61,563 nucleotides of DNA from Geosiphon pyriformis uo1. Its lineage: Eukaryota > Fungi > Glomeromycota. Below, piece after piece: positions 13,648 to 27,609 of the stretch. The stretch spans positions 385,124 to 446,686 of the forward strand of contig JAAOMT010000275.1 of NCBI GenBank assembly GCA_016748015.1. Direction: 5' to 3'. The notes under the pieces are model-generated. The model made no database searches and was not told where the DNA came from. It saw only the letters and a list, made by a program, of their open reading frames with translations. Position 1 is the first letter of the stretch. Each line of letters begins with the position of its first letter. Position numbers and translations under genes: made by a program.

Positions 13648-16600
13648 TGAACCAAATTAGTTAGGGAGAAAGTTCTTTTTTCCATGTGTTTTGAAAATTT
13701 TGTAGGAAAGAGAGCGAATTGTATCATCATTCAACTGCTTTTCCAATTTTCATTTAATCCACCGTTGTCGTCCTTGAAGATATGTCACAACATAATTATC
13801 TGCATTTATAGCGTGAATCTCGGCCGTAGAATTCATAATCTAACTGAGTCTATTAAAAAAATTTATTATTAAATTATATAAGAGCAGATAGTTACAGTGT
13901 TTGTTTGTTTGTGTGTTCAGCATTGGTGCATATTGAAAAAAATATTTATGATGCACATGAAAGCATTTATCAATGATAGATATCAGTGTAAATTCAACAA
14001 AAAAAAAATTAAAGCCAATCTTTTGTCACAAAATTTTTTTTATGAAATCAATAAAGAGGATATTATTTTGCAGACATACGAGTGCGTTCTATACTCTATA
14101 ACTATGTTGTTAAAAAAAAGAAGGATCAATAGTTAATATTGCAATGAAAACTTACTTTTCCTTGTTCATGTTAAGTTTTTTATAATCAGGTAGTGTTTTT
14201 AAATTTATAACTCAACATTGTTTAGTCAAGTTCAAGCAATATTATTATTTTATCTATATTTTATTTTAATATTTTAATATTATTTCATATTATTTCATAT
14301 TAAAATTAATTAAAACTAAAAATCAAATTTTTTAGGTCACTATAATTTATTTAAATATTAAAACTGTAAAAAAAATTATATTAAATATTTGTTTATTATT
14401 TGTATTTTCATAAAAATTAGTAGATTTTATTTATTATAATAAAATTTTATTTAATGCATAAAAAAATGAAAAGTTTTTTATTGATTGTTTATACACAATT
14501 AAATTCTTTTATAATATTAAACCATAATTTTTTTACATTCAATTTTGATATGTAAAGAATTAAAAATTTTGGCTCAATAATTTGTTTTTTTTTTTACCAG
14601 TAAAAAATATAATTTTTTGAGTGTGAAAATTATGAAAATTATGAAAATTTTTTGGAATTTGCTGATTCATTAATAAGTTCATAATAAATAAGACTTTATT
14701 ATTATTCTTTTTGTAAAATTTGTCTATAAGCTAAATTTTTCTATTTAAAGATTGTTAAATCTGTTATAAGCTAGCTCATTTTCAATTAAGATAAATTTGA
14801 TAAAGCTAAAAGACCCAAATAATATTGGAAATTTTAAGATACATAAAATAATCTGCATTTCATTCTAATCTTGAATGCAATTTCAGATGGAAAATGTATT
14901 ATAATATTCACAAGAAAGACCTTTTTACCTTAAAAGAAATCGGAAATAATACTTTAAAATAATATAATTTACGATCAAAAATGAAGCGAAATTGCGAAAC
15001 ATCCAAACAACAATACCAAAATAGTACGTCAGATTTCTTTTATCCTCAAAGATGTTGTCAAAAAGCATTTTTAGTTTCAAATGAAACAAGAATCCTCTTT
15101 ACTATACTAGTCTTGGGACTTGAAATTTTTAACCTGAATTGAAACACCAAAAACGTTGTAACTCTTACCAAAAAAGAATGTTGTTCTGAAACGCCATATG
15201 AAAACCATGAGATGATATTTGCATACTAAAAGAACAAAGAAATTTTTTGATCAGGTTTATATCCGTTTTAAGAAAGGGTAATGGACTCAATTTTTACTAC
15301 ATCATGCAAGTAAAAACCGTTTCTTGCATGTGAAACCTATATGTGTTATTGGATCAAAAAAAATTCATTTCTTTTGACAAAATTCCATATCGATATTTTT
15401 TTTCTTGTCTTTTAAAAATAAAGATTTTCATATATATTATTAAAAATTTATTTTAAAAAAATCATCTTTGAAAGTAATTTCCCTCGGTTCATTGTAACTT
15501 TTTTTTTTCTCATTTGTGACTTCTATCAAAGAACAAAAATAGGTTTATATCTTAAGATTCAAATCCCTATTCATATTTACTAATTTCATTATCAAATGAA
15601 ACAAACAATAAGAGTCAACTACTATATCATGTTTTACAGGATTTTTATATTTTTATATTTTTATAATCAGTGAATTCCTTTCCTTTGTCTTTGTAAATTA
15701 CTCTCTTGTATCAAAACTGATACCAGCTATTAATTTTAAATTCGAATCATTTTACTAACAATATCATTTTTCACATGCATCTTATGATAATTAGAATCCT
15801 TTCATTGATATTTATTTTCGGAAAAATTTCGTGATTATGTTGAATTAAATAATTCTTTGTTAACTTTTACCCCTTTCATCATAATTAAAAACATCGGGGT
15901 TGGAAATAAACAGTGGGGTTTTGGCGTTTCCTAACTAGAAACTTGTCGATTACCTGTTTCTATTGACCTCCTTTTACGATGATGTAAGTTCGTGCGTTAT
16001 TGTGGAGATCCACGTGGGATGACAATGGTTTGTTACGCAATAGAACCATGACTTGAACCTTGCATAAGATGGGGGTGGATTTCGTTTTTACATACTGTAC
16101 TAAGTGCCCTAAATTTTTACCCAAAAAGACCCTTTAATTATGTTCATTAAAACAGAAAGTTTTTGTATTTACGTAATCTAATTAAAAATTCTATCTCATT
16201 TTTGGACATAATTATCCAAAATGTTTAATTGATTCAATTTCAATTTCAAAAAAAAATTTCTTTAATATTACTTTTATATTTAAAATTTTTTTTCAATCAC
16301 ACAAATATTGAGATAGAATTTCCTAATTTATGCAATTCTTTAATATTCTCTTCATATTATCTATTTGAAGTTTTTTGAGCTTGACTTTTTGTTGGTTTAT
16401 GTAATTCGTAAATATGACTCACAGCTGTATTAGCTGAAACAGCGGTATTGGTTATAATTTGAATAATCACGAGAATTAAAATCAAAAAAATACCGCTCTA
16501 ATTTTTTTTCATCATTTTAATCATAAATCCGTCAATTAATTTAAAGATTTGGTTAATTAAAATGGCTTAGAAAATCATTTTTGGCAACTTCTATGCAATG

Positions 16601-17224
16601 GGTGATATCATTCAATTTTTTAGTTTAAAAAAAGATTGTTCCAAAATAATAACATGGACTTTTAAAAACCGTCATGCATCTCTTAACTTGGCAAATTCTC
16701 AAATTTTTAAAAATTCATATTTATTTAAATTTTAACAAATAATAGAAAAATGATAAAAAAGTCTAGGGAAATATATCTATCTTTATCAATCATAAATGAG
16801 TTAAATGCTTAAACATACATCATGTTTTTTGAGAGAGTTTTATAAAAGAAAGTATAGGCAAAGAAAAATTGGTGACGATTTTTTACCGAAAAAGAATTGG
16901 CGACAGAAAATTTTAGATTTTCGAATAAAGCTAGTAAAATAATGTAAAGAACGTCGAAATTAAAATCTTAATCACTCCACAAGGAGGAAAAAAAACAACC
17001 AGAAATCGAATGAATATAAAGTGAAAAGGACATTGAAATGAAATAATCGATCATTCGGCAAGGAGGAAAAATTGCAAACAGGAATCGAACGAAAAAGAAA
17101 AAGAAAAGAAAAGAACAGTACAGAAAAGAAAAGAAAAAAAAAAGAACAGTACAGAACAGAACATAGCGTAACAGAGATAAAAGTGTCCGAAATGAAATCA
17201 ACTCATTAATCATCGAAAGCCGAT

Positions 17225-17920
17225 TTAGCGACTGTTAGTTGGCATATACGAAGAGTGAAACGTAGGCGCCATCAATTCATCACTTTTAGTAAAGCAAACG
17301 TTTTGTTCTTCGAGAATTATATTTTGCCCATTATTTTGTTGTCCATTGGGCTGATCAGGAGGAATGACTTGATAGATTTCTGTCGCATTTCGAATCAAAA
17401 CGTTCACTGAAGGTGTATAGAATCCCTGATTAGAAGCAATTGATTGAGACATGTTGTTATCAATAATTATTTTGGTTTTTAAGCTTTGTAGATTATTTTT
17501 TGATTGCTCTTGGGTTGTTTTATATAATTCCAATTTCGCGCCAAGAAAAATTAAACCTTTGATGTTACGCACGTAGTTTTTTCTCCGATCAATTTGATCT
17601 AAATCAAAAATGGAAGACTAGGTATATTGACATCTTGTCTTTTGAAACAGTGGGAAAAAGACAGTTCCATTCAGAATTGCAATAAACCGAAGCTTTGACC
17701 ATGGAAAGGCTCACAACAGAAAAACATCGATCCTTATTTGGAAGATTTTGAATGAAATCAATTTCCTTTACTTTTTCAAATGTAAAAACGGTTGAGAATC
17801 CTTCGGTGATATCAACTTCGGATGTTATCGTTGCCCCGCTCCAGGTTTCCACTATCGTTTCGCTGCCTGCAAATATCAATTTGTCCCGATTGATAATTGG
17901 AACATGACATGTAGTTTCGT
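17225..17920 (-). pseudogene. Hypothetical-protein gene fragment, frameshifted and 5'-truncated
   Basis: Two adjacent coding-like ORFs (17604-17879 and 17225-17572) in different frames. The open frame runs upstream to ~17920, where an AT-rich relic block begins. Confidence 0.4.
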
Positions 17921-18399
17921 GCTTTAAATTAAATTATAAACTATTCTCTCAGCATTAATTCTAACTTTAATCTTAATTCTATCCAATTTTGATTTAAAAA
18001 TTATTTTTTTATTGTTTTTCTTTAATTAAAATAAAAAATATTATTATTATTATTATTTAACTAATTTTTTTAATTTTTTTAATTTTTTTAATTTTTTTTA
18101 ACAAATCTTAATTTTCTGTTAATATAAATAATTATACTTTTTTATTTTTATAAGTTAAAAATAAAAAAATTTTTGTATTTTGTATTTAATACTATTTTAA
18201 GCACCAAAAAAAAATTTATATTATTAATTTAAAAAAGTTTTTATATTAAATATTAACTTTTACAATTGATAAAAAACCATGGTTTAAAAAATATTTATAA
18301 AAATAAATGTTTAATAATATTAAAAGTTTTTTACTTTATTAAAATCAAGAAATACTACAACTAAAAAAATATAATTGTAAATATTAATATAAATTTGTA

Positions 18400-19160
18400 C
18401 ATATGTAATCAAATTAAAAAATTCACATTAAAAATTATTTTATATTTTTAAAAAAATCTGGCCAAATGCATTAGAAAACAAAGAAAAAAAAGTTGATTTA
18501 ATTTCCATTTAATCAGTTCAATTCTTAAAATTTGGTAACCTAATGTGTTGTTTTATTTTAAAAATTGGCAATAATTTGTTAAAAGACACCACATTTAACA
18601 ACACAGTTAATAGTTAATCTTGACTTATCTTAAAAGATATATTATTGTTGTTATTGCTTATATTAAAAAAAAAGCTAATTGCTATTAAAAAAAAATTTTC
18701 AAGATTTTTTTAAAACCACAAAAGAGTTTGATATAATAATAATAAATACAAGTAACTACTGCTGTTTTTTGAAGTTTTTGGTTTTTTTGGTTATTTACAA
18801 AGTAGTAATAATGGTATTAATAAAAAAAATAAAAAAAACTAATTTATTAATTGGCTTATTATTAAAGATTTTAAGATTCTTAAAAAGAATAAAAACAATA
18901 TTGAAATTAATCTTAATATGTTTTTTGGAAAAAACTTTGACTAAAAAAAAACTACTAGCCAAAAATGAAAAAAATATTTTAAAAGTTGTCAAAAACAGCT
19001 TTTTATTATCAATATTTAAGAAGAATTTTGTTAAAAAATTTTGTTTAGCTATTTTAACAATAAAAAAATTTTTTTTGTTAAAACTTTATTAATTATTATA
19101 AAAAAAGTAACATTTAAAACTTTTTTACTTTTTGCTCTGGTCATGATCATAAAAATAAAA
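18400..19160 (-). mobile_element. ORF1-only (half-LINE-like) element relic, 5' portion (copy A)
   Basis: Minus strand reads MIMTRAKSKK... and KIFNNKPINKLVF, colinear with the copies at 20.4-22.6 kb and 41.7-44.8 kb. Confidence 0.75.
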
Positions 19161-19479
19161 AATAAAAAAGAATAAAAGTTAATGTAATTTGATTTATATT
19201 AATATTATAAATAATTAATTTTATATATATATTTATAAAAAATTTAAGTATTTAATTTCTAAATTAATATAATATTATTGTTAAATACAAAAAAAATTAG
19301 ATTATTTAATATTTAATAATATTAAAAAAATTTTAATATAATAATTCAAAAAAGTTATAATTAATTTCGGTTTTAAAAAAAAATGTCTATTTTTTAGATT
19401 TAAATAATATTTTAATTATAATAAGTATTTTAATCGATTTAAATAATTAATTATATACAATAATTATATAAATTATATT

Positions 19480-20220
19480 TAATTTTAAAAATTTATTGTT
19501 GTATTGTATTAAATAATATTTGAATCATATTTATTAAAACAAAAAAACCTAATATTTTTTTTAATAACTAATTTTATATTAATAAAATAATATAAAAACT
19601 AAAACACAAGTTTAATATAAATTATATTAATAATTAATAAATATTACCAAAATTAATCATATTTTTAAAAAAGTTTTATTAACTTAATTTTTTTAATTAA
19701 ATAATTTAACAAATATAATAGATTAAAATTATTTAAATTATTTTTATTTTATTTTTAAAATTAGTAATAATTATCTAAAATTTATTATATATTAATAATA
19801 TAATCAAATATTAATTTAAACCAAATTTAGTAAATATGTTAATACTATTATTATTTAAAATAAAAAAACTATTATTTATAATTAAAAAATTAAGTAATAT
19901 AATTAATATAAACATTAAAAAAACAAAAATTTTATTTCTTGCCAAAAAAATTAATTTTAAGTTGAAAAAATATTAAAAAATGCTAAAAAAAATTATAATA
20001 AATAGTAGTTTTGTTTTTGGCTTATTATTAAAAACTTTAAAGTTTTTCAATTGTTAATATTATTATTAAAATTAATTTTAATAAAATAAAATGGTTTTAA
20101 AACAATCAAAAACAGTTTTATAATATATTATTTAATTATTTTTATAGTTAAAAAACTTTTAAGATAATTATATTAATAAAATTAATAATTGTTTTTTTGA
20201 ATTTTGCTTTAATTATTAAA
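19480..20220 (-). mobile_element. Heavily decayed relic of the same ORF1-only family (copy B)
   Basis: Residual FKVFNNKPK motif near 20020-20045; the rest is almost G/C-free. Confidence 0.45.
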
Positions 20221-20360
20221 TCAAATAACAAAGTTTTTTATAAAAATTAAATATTAAAAGTTATAATATTAAAAATATTAAAAATATAACAAATTAATAC
20301 AATATATTAAGAAACAATAATATAATTAAAAAACAAATTAAGATTTATAAGTTTTAAAAA

Positions 20361-22650
20361 TTTTTATTATTATTAAAGTTTAATAAGCAAGGTCTAACTA
20401 TTATTTAATACAATATAACTATGTAGAGTCTTAAAATAAATATGGCTTACACGTTTTTTACATATAATCAGTTACTTAAGCCAGTTTAAATTATACTACA
20501 TTGATGTATCTAAAGAAAACTTATTCAAAAATAATATTTTTTGAATAACAAAAAACAAAATAGCACTGTAAGAAACCAATCTAACCAGCTATTCAGCTGT
20601 TTTCAAGACATCAGCTTTAATATTAATAGATTTATGTTCCTAAAGGAACATTAAATTAGAAAACACTTTATTATCCAAATTAACTAAGTGCTTTGAATCA
20701 TCAGAAATATCAATATCTTCCATGCAACACTCTTTTTTTAAAGAAACCACCTTTTTCTCCAACTTACTAACAACTTTACTAAAAGAACCTATATGTATCA
20801 TAATTTTATTAACTTTAAAGCCAAGTTTACTGCTTAAGACCAAATCCCTATTAATAAATTATTCAAACAATTTAACCAAAAAACCAATTGGCTTAACAAT
20901 AGATTCAACCAAAGCAGAAAGCTTGACCAAATTAGACTTCAAAGAAACCAACCAAGAAAACACTAAGCGATTACTAACAACTATAGAAAGAAAAATAAAA
21001 GCTGTCAAGAGAGGAAACTCAGAAAAATCCAGAAAAACAAAAGCCTTAACATAAGAAACACTACTAACAAAATGTGTTTTAAATATTTTGGAAGCCTTAA
21101 AAGAGAGAGGTAAAGAAACTTTGCAGTCTACAGCCAAATAGTCCACTTCTTAACACCTAAAACAATGCCAATGACCAGAAATTTTTCACCAAATACAGCA
21201 CTTTCTTAGGGTACTAGTTTTAACAACCACAAAATCCAAATCAACTTGAAAACCAAATATAACCAGAGCAAACTAAAAACAATGGCCAGAATCAGACAAA
21301 TAAGGAATGAAACAAATCTGGCCACCAATTTGGGAGATCATATTACTAATCTCAAAAGCAGTACAGCCAAAAAGAAGGTTGATCAACTTGGCCTTAAACT
21401 AATCACAAGACAAAATTGTCTCATTTTAATTAATAAAAAAAAAAATTCAGATACTATCTTTGTTCACCAAAATTGACCAGTAAGTAAAAACAGAAGCAGC
21501 AACATCTAATTCTTTAAAATAAATGGCCACATATTGCTAAACATCCACAAATTTCAACATGACATAAGAAACTTTACCAAAAACATCAAGAGCTAACTTA
21601 ATATTAGCAGCAAACACATTTAAAGGCACATCATACAGCACAACAGCAACAGAAAACAAACTAAACTCAGAAATTACCAAAAACTTGGCAATTTTGAGAG
21701 TAGTAAGACAAACAAAGCTTGTAAGCTCAACCAAAAATACAGCATTCAGAGAACTTTAAAAAGTAAATTCTATACAGAAAAGCTTTATATTGTTTCTTGA
21801 AACAAACTTTGCACCTAAAAAACCATGTATAGACTGAAAAACAGTCTTAATATAAGCCAATTTGATTTTAAAAGTAGTACCAAGCACTAGAATAAAGGTC
21901 ACCCACCCAGCAAATCTTTAATAACCAGTAATAATTTTTCAAGCATTATCAATAGCAGTACCAAAAACCAAAGAAGATAATTCAATTTCTATCTGATTAA
22001 TTCAGTTCTCAAGAACAAGTAACCCAATAGAAAATAATTGCTTTGCTTTCAAAACTGATAAGAATTTGCCAAAAAACATCACATTTGGCAACACAGTTAG
22101 TGGTTGATTTTGACCTATCTTGGATGATGTGCCAAATAAAATAATAGAGATCTCATCTAAGATTTCAGTTAAAACCACAAAAAGATTCAGTATAACAATA
22201 GCAAAGACAAGCAACTGCTCTCATTTTTTTAAATCTTTGGTTTTTTTAACTATTTTGTTTGAAAAAGTGATGCTAATAGCACCAGACATAGAAACTATAA
22301 TAGGAAAGACCAGCTTATTAATTGGTCTGTTATTAAATACTTTTGGGCTCTTAAAAGAGATGAAGGCAACATTAGAACTAATCCAAATGTGTTTTTTTAA
22401 ATGAATTTTGACTAGTAAAAAACCAGCCAAAGATAAAAAAAATGCTTTAATAGTCATTAAAGACAGCTTTTTATTACTAATATTTAAAGAAAATGTAGCC
22501 AAGATGTTATATTTAGCCATTTCAATAATAGAGAGACTTTCTTGTGTAAAAATCTTATTAGTTACTATAAAAAAAGTAATAGGTATAGCCTTTTTACTTT
22601 TTGTTTTGGTTGTAGTTATAAAATTAAGACAACAAAGAGTTAAAAATTTA
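20361..22650 (-). mobile_element. Near-complete ORF1-only non-LTR element (copy C), ~2.3 kb
   Basis: One decayed ~700-codon ORF (start ~22619, stop TAG 20496-20498) with RRM-like segments (VVLYDVPLNVFAANIKLALDVFGKVSYV; FKAKLINL) and a zinc-knuckle relic (CFRC*EVDYLAVDC). It is followed directly by a ~120-nt 3' UTR homologous to the LINE 3' UTRs and a (TAA)n tail. No endonuclease or RT sequence. Confidence 0.8.
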
Positions 22651-23199
22651 AAAAAAAAACATTAAATAATTAAATAATTAAAAAATAACAAACTGTTTTT
22701 ATTTTTAAATTTATTTTTTTATTCTAATAAAATATTTATATTAAATTATATAAATTCAAATTTTTATTGTTATTCAAATTTTTTATTTTTTGTTATTTGT
22801 TTATAAATAAAATACTAATTATTATTATTATTATTATTATTGTTGTTGTTGTTGTTTTTGTTTTATTTTGGAAATTAATTTTTTAAAAAAATAACATTAA
22901 TAAATAACTTAAAAAAACATTTAATTATAAGTATAAAATAAAAATTAAACTTATTAATAAATTAAATAATTTTTAAAAAAGTTATATAAAACCAGATTTT
23001 ATAATTATAAAATAAATTAAATAAACAACTATTATTATAATTTTTTGTTTATTATAAAAAACTTAAAAATTTTTAAATCAATAAAATTTTCAAATTTATT
23101 AAAACTTTTAAATATATTAAAATTTTAAAAACATCAAATTATAAAAATTTAATTAGAAATAATACTTAAAATAGCAGTTTTATTAAATAAAAGATAATA

Positions 23200-23970
23200 G
23201 TTTACTTAAAAAATCTTAAATATTATTAAAATAAACAGTGTTTTAAAAACAAAAAAAATATGTATTTTAGTTTTTATTTTATTAATTTAATTTTTAAAAT
23301 CAAATAATTTAATAAATTAATTATATATAAAAATATAATTTGTTTTATTTTTTGAACCAATAAAAATTAATTAGAATTTAATATATTAAATAATTTAGTT
23401 ATATGCTAATTAAAATTAGTTTTAATAAATATGTTGTTATTATTATTATTTAAAACAAAAAAAATCAAAAATAAGTATTATAATTAATATAATTTTAATA
23501 AAGTTAATAAAAATATCAAAAAAATCAAAAAAAGCCAATTTTTTATTTTTCATAAAAAACAAGCTTTAAATCAAAGATAATAATTTAAAAAATACCAAAA
23601 CAATACATTTCTTAAATATTTTAAAGATGTTAATAATAGTGTTTTTAAGAAAAAAATAGTTTTTTGCTTTTTTTGTTTTTTAAATTATTTAAGCAAAAAT
23701 AAAAAAGATTATTAAAACTTTTACTATAGTAATAATTACATTAAAACTGGTTTTAATTAGTTATTTAAAAAAAAATTTCAATAAAAAAAGTGCTTTATTA
23801 ATAAATAAAGACTGTTTTATAACTTTATTTAAGAAAAAAATCTCTCAAAAAAATTCTGTTTAGTTATTTTTTTTTCAAGACTTTTTAATTATTAAAACTA
23901 TTAAAAACACAGAAAATTTATTTTTTTATTGTTTTTTACTTTAAATATGATTATAAAAACAAAAAAACAT
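23200..23970 (-). mobile_element. Decayed 5' relic of the ORF1-only family (copy D)
   Basis: Segments near 23790-23960 align by eye with the 5' ends of copies A, C and G (gactgtttt..., ttctgtttagttattt..., tgattataaaa). Confidence 0.5.
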
Positions 23971-24628
23971 AATTTGTATTTTACAAATAATAATATATGT
24001 ATAAATAAAAGTATTAAATAATATCATAAAAGCTAATTAATTTTAATATTAAGTTTAATGTTTAAAATACCAGAATTTAAATAAGTAAATTTGTTTTAAG
24101 TAACAAAAATTAAATTATTTTATATTTAGATTTAATAAATTAGAGCTTTTTAGCTTTTTAATTTAACATAGTGTTGTTTTAACATAAGTATAAATAATTG
24201 GTTATATATATAAAGTGCATAAATTACTTTTATAACATGCTATTACAATTTAAGTAATTAATAAAACAAAATAATTATATTTATAAAAAGATAAGATCAT
24301 ATTTCAATAATGCCAGAAAAAAAAATGTAGTGATAAATCCCGGAATTTTTCTTTGGACTTTGCTATTCTTTTGTTGAAAAGTTAAAATGCCAGTTAGTTA
24401 GCAATGCCTAAAAATTGCCAACACTTGAACAAACCGTTACCAAAGATATCTCTTTGTGTCGAAGAGCTAAGCTGGATATCCGTTTTAATTTAACATTGGA
24501 AATTTTATAAAACTGGTTATAACGAAATCTGAACTATGGTTGTGCGTCTATATATCAGTTATCAAAAACTAATAATTAAATTTAATGTTTTCAGCAGCGT
24601 GATTGAATACAAGGATTGTTTCATAAAA

Positions 24629-27256
24629 CTATTTTTTATATTTCGGCTTGAGGCTTTTGGCAATAGTTTGTAACTGAATATTAGATGTCCCCTCGTAGAT
24701 TGCCCCTGAAAATACATGAGAATTGTTCTGTTAGTAATCGAGAAATCGGTCAAGTAGTTATCAGGTGCTAGAGTTGATGAAACTCCCTTACCAATCTTAG
24801 CATCTCTGTAGAATTTTTCGACTAATGACCATAATATTCAATCATTCAACGTTTCAAAGGGATTAGTAAATCAACACTGAATTCTTGGTATAAAATATTA
24901 ATTGAGACAAAGAATACCTGGATAATCTCTCGTAAACCCTACGCCACCCATCCATTCAATTGCTTTAGAGGCCGTCTAATGTGAAAAACGGTTGTTTAAT
25001 TGTTCAAGTCAATTAAATTAAAACATTGAAAATTTAAAAACATTATTATCTCACCAGTTCGGCAACTTGTGATGAATACAGCTTTGCCATTGCAGCTTCT
25101 TTCACGAAATCTCTGCCTTCTTGTTTTAGCCGAGCAGCGTTATAGGTCAATAATCTGGCTGCCTCAATTTCAGTGGATACTAAAAATATTATTATGATGA
25201 AATCTCCTTCCAAAAGGAATCCAGTAACTTGTTTTCTTAAGTGACGATAACACATACTTACTTTGAGCATATTGATATTGCATGCCCTTATAAGGAATAT
25301 ATTAATTATATATCAAATTAGGGAGGATTAAAATATATCAATAAAACTATTCACTACCTGAAATTCGGCCACAAGAGTGCCGAATTGTTTTCTTTGAAAA
25401 GCATAGTTCAAAGCGTGATCAAATGCACCCTGAGCAAGACCAATCATTTGAGCAGCTATTCCGATGCGTCCTTCATTCAAAATTTCAATTGCATACTTAT
25501 ACCCTAGGCAATGAGATATTGATTTACTAACATGTCAAAGTGAATCTATTTTTATGTAGAAACAGCGACTTACCTTGACCAACTTTCCCAATTACGTTTT
25601 CTTCGGGGACCTAAAAATGTAAACCCTCCAATTAATTTGACTTCCAAATGAAGCTCAGTATATTTTCAAATTACCTTAATATTATCAAAATTCAAACTAC
25701 ACGTTGAAGAAGCTCTAATACCAAGCTAAATTATAAATAAACTTGGTGAGTATTCTTAAAAAAGTTGAAGATTGAAGGTGGTAGATTTTATAACCTTGCT
25801 TTCTTTCTTAGCAACTTGTACCCCCCACTCTTTTTCAACAACAAAGCAAGTAATACCCTTACGTCCCATAGAAGGATCTAACAGGAAAAATTCAAAAAAA
25901 ATTTTAGGCCTATGTTTTATAATAACAGCTCATTTACATTATAAAACTCATACCGATAGTTGCAAACACTAAAAAGATTTCAGCCTCGCCCGAGTTAGTA
26001 ATCCACATTTTAGAGCCATTGAGTAAATAGTCACTACTGCCGGTATTTTTTCTAGCCATCGTTTTAAGTGCAAACGCATCACTACCAGAACCAACTTCAG
26101 ACAGACAGAAAGCTCCGACCTTTCAAAAAAGATTTGTTATAATTAGTCGGGTAGAAAATAATCTAACTAACTTCCCCATTTACCGTATTGGAAGCAAGCT
26201 GAGGTAGATATTTTTTTTTGAGATGATCACTGGCATATTTACGGAATAGTGTGTTCACAAGGGTGTTCTGTCAATTAATATACATCGTTAGGTAATTGAA
26301 TCATTTGATAATAATTAATTTTATCAATCAATCCTCAACCTAAAGAGCCGCCAGAATTCAGCTGATTTTTAACACATATATACGAGTCAAGGAGATGTCA
26401 GATGAAACCTTTTCCAATCAAGTGGAATAAATTAGTTGAGGAAAAGATACATACATACATACATATACAAGCCTCGTAATAAATTAAAAATCAGCTGATT
26501 TCTGCAACTACCAAACTCTACCAACCTGGACATCACACATTACACTAATTGATGGATCGACTTTAGCAAGTTCTGCAGAAAGCGACGAATAAACGTTTTA
26601 AGGAAAATATTGGGAGCCCTGAATCAAACATAATATTCATATTGATGGAAAAAATGACACCACTTTGAGTAAAGACTATCTCTTACCTTCCACTACTAGA
26701 ATAGCCGCCACGAAAGAGCTATGGGCTCCACCATATTCAGATTCAGTCTCAATTCCCATAAACTAAAAAATAACGAGAATATCAATTAATCGATACAAGA
26801 TTTTTATTTCTACAACGTTTGGTACGTACTCCTTGCTCAAACATCCCATCAATAATTTCTTTATCTAATTTCTCTTCTTCGTCCATTTTTCGAACTTTTG
26901 GAAGAATTTTGTTTTGCGCGAAACGAGCCACTTGAAAAGTAGAAAAAGTTCTTCATATTATTCCGATTTCTGCTTTTGAAAGAAAAAAGGCTAAACTTTA
27001 TTCTACCAGCTTCACGTAAAAGCTCCTCCTCCTCAGTAAAAGTATTCAGTGAGGCGAAAGTAGATACATTGCGAACTAGTGGGGTTTCAGAGAAGAGCCT
27101 AATCAAAAAAGAGTTAGCTATTTTAAAAATAGGTTTGGATAAAACATATTTCAATTCCTTTATAAGTTAATGATACCAAGGCTTTCCAACAGCAGCCAGC
27201 CCTGAACGACGGACCAAGGTAGGAAAAGTTTTTCTTAAGCAAAGAGTGAAAGACAT
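24629..27256 (-). CDS. ACADSB: Mitochondrial short/branched-chain acyl-CoA dehydrogenase (ACADSB-like), ~16 exons
   Basis: Spliced minus-strand exons give a [19 protein letters not shown] presequence, [141 protein letters not shown]. The symbol reflects subfamily resemblance only. Confidence 0.92.
26352..26504. repeat. Intronic fold-back: 21-bp inverted repeat (20/21 match) with inner paired segments
   Basis: cagaattcagctgatttttaa (26352-26372) pairs with ttaaaaatcagctgatttctg (26484-26504); inner tacgag/ctcgta and ttttcc/ggaaaa pairs. Lies inside the 258-nt intron 26268-26525. Confidence 0.85.
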
Positions 27257-27609
27257 TGTAACGAATTTTGGGAGGATATTAAAAATAGTCCAAACATTTA
27301 AAATTATTGACTGATCATACCAGTTCAAAATCAGGTTTTTAATCGATTCCTAAAACAATGAAAGAAGTGCAATTTTCATTTAATATGTTTAAATGTTTAA
27401 TTAGTACACTGTAAAAAATTATTATTTTTGTAAATTTAATATATGTTCTTTTTTATGCTTTAACTATTCTAGTTAATATGTTACTTTTAATTCTAATATT
27501 AAAAATAATAAATATACAATATAATTTTATATATTAATTTATACATATTATTTATTTAACAAAAATAATTTGTTAAAAACCAAACAAAAAATTTAAATTT
27601 AATTCAGTA

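Noticed and set aside
16186-16321. 13-bp inverted repeat (aaattctatctca / tgagatagaattt) as a MITE
   Set aside because: Short, AT-rich, no clear TSD and no second copy in the window.
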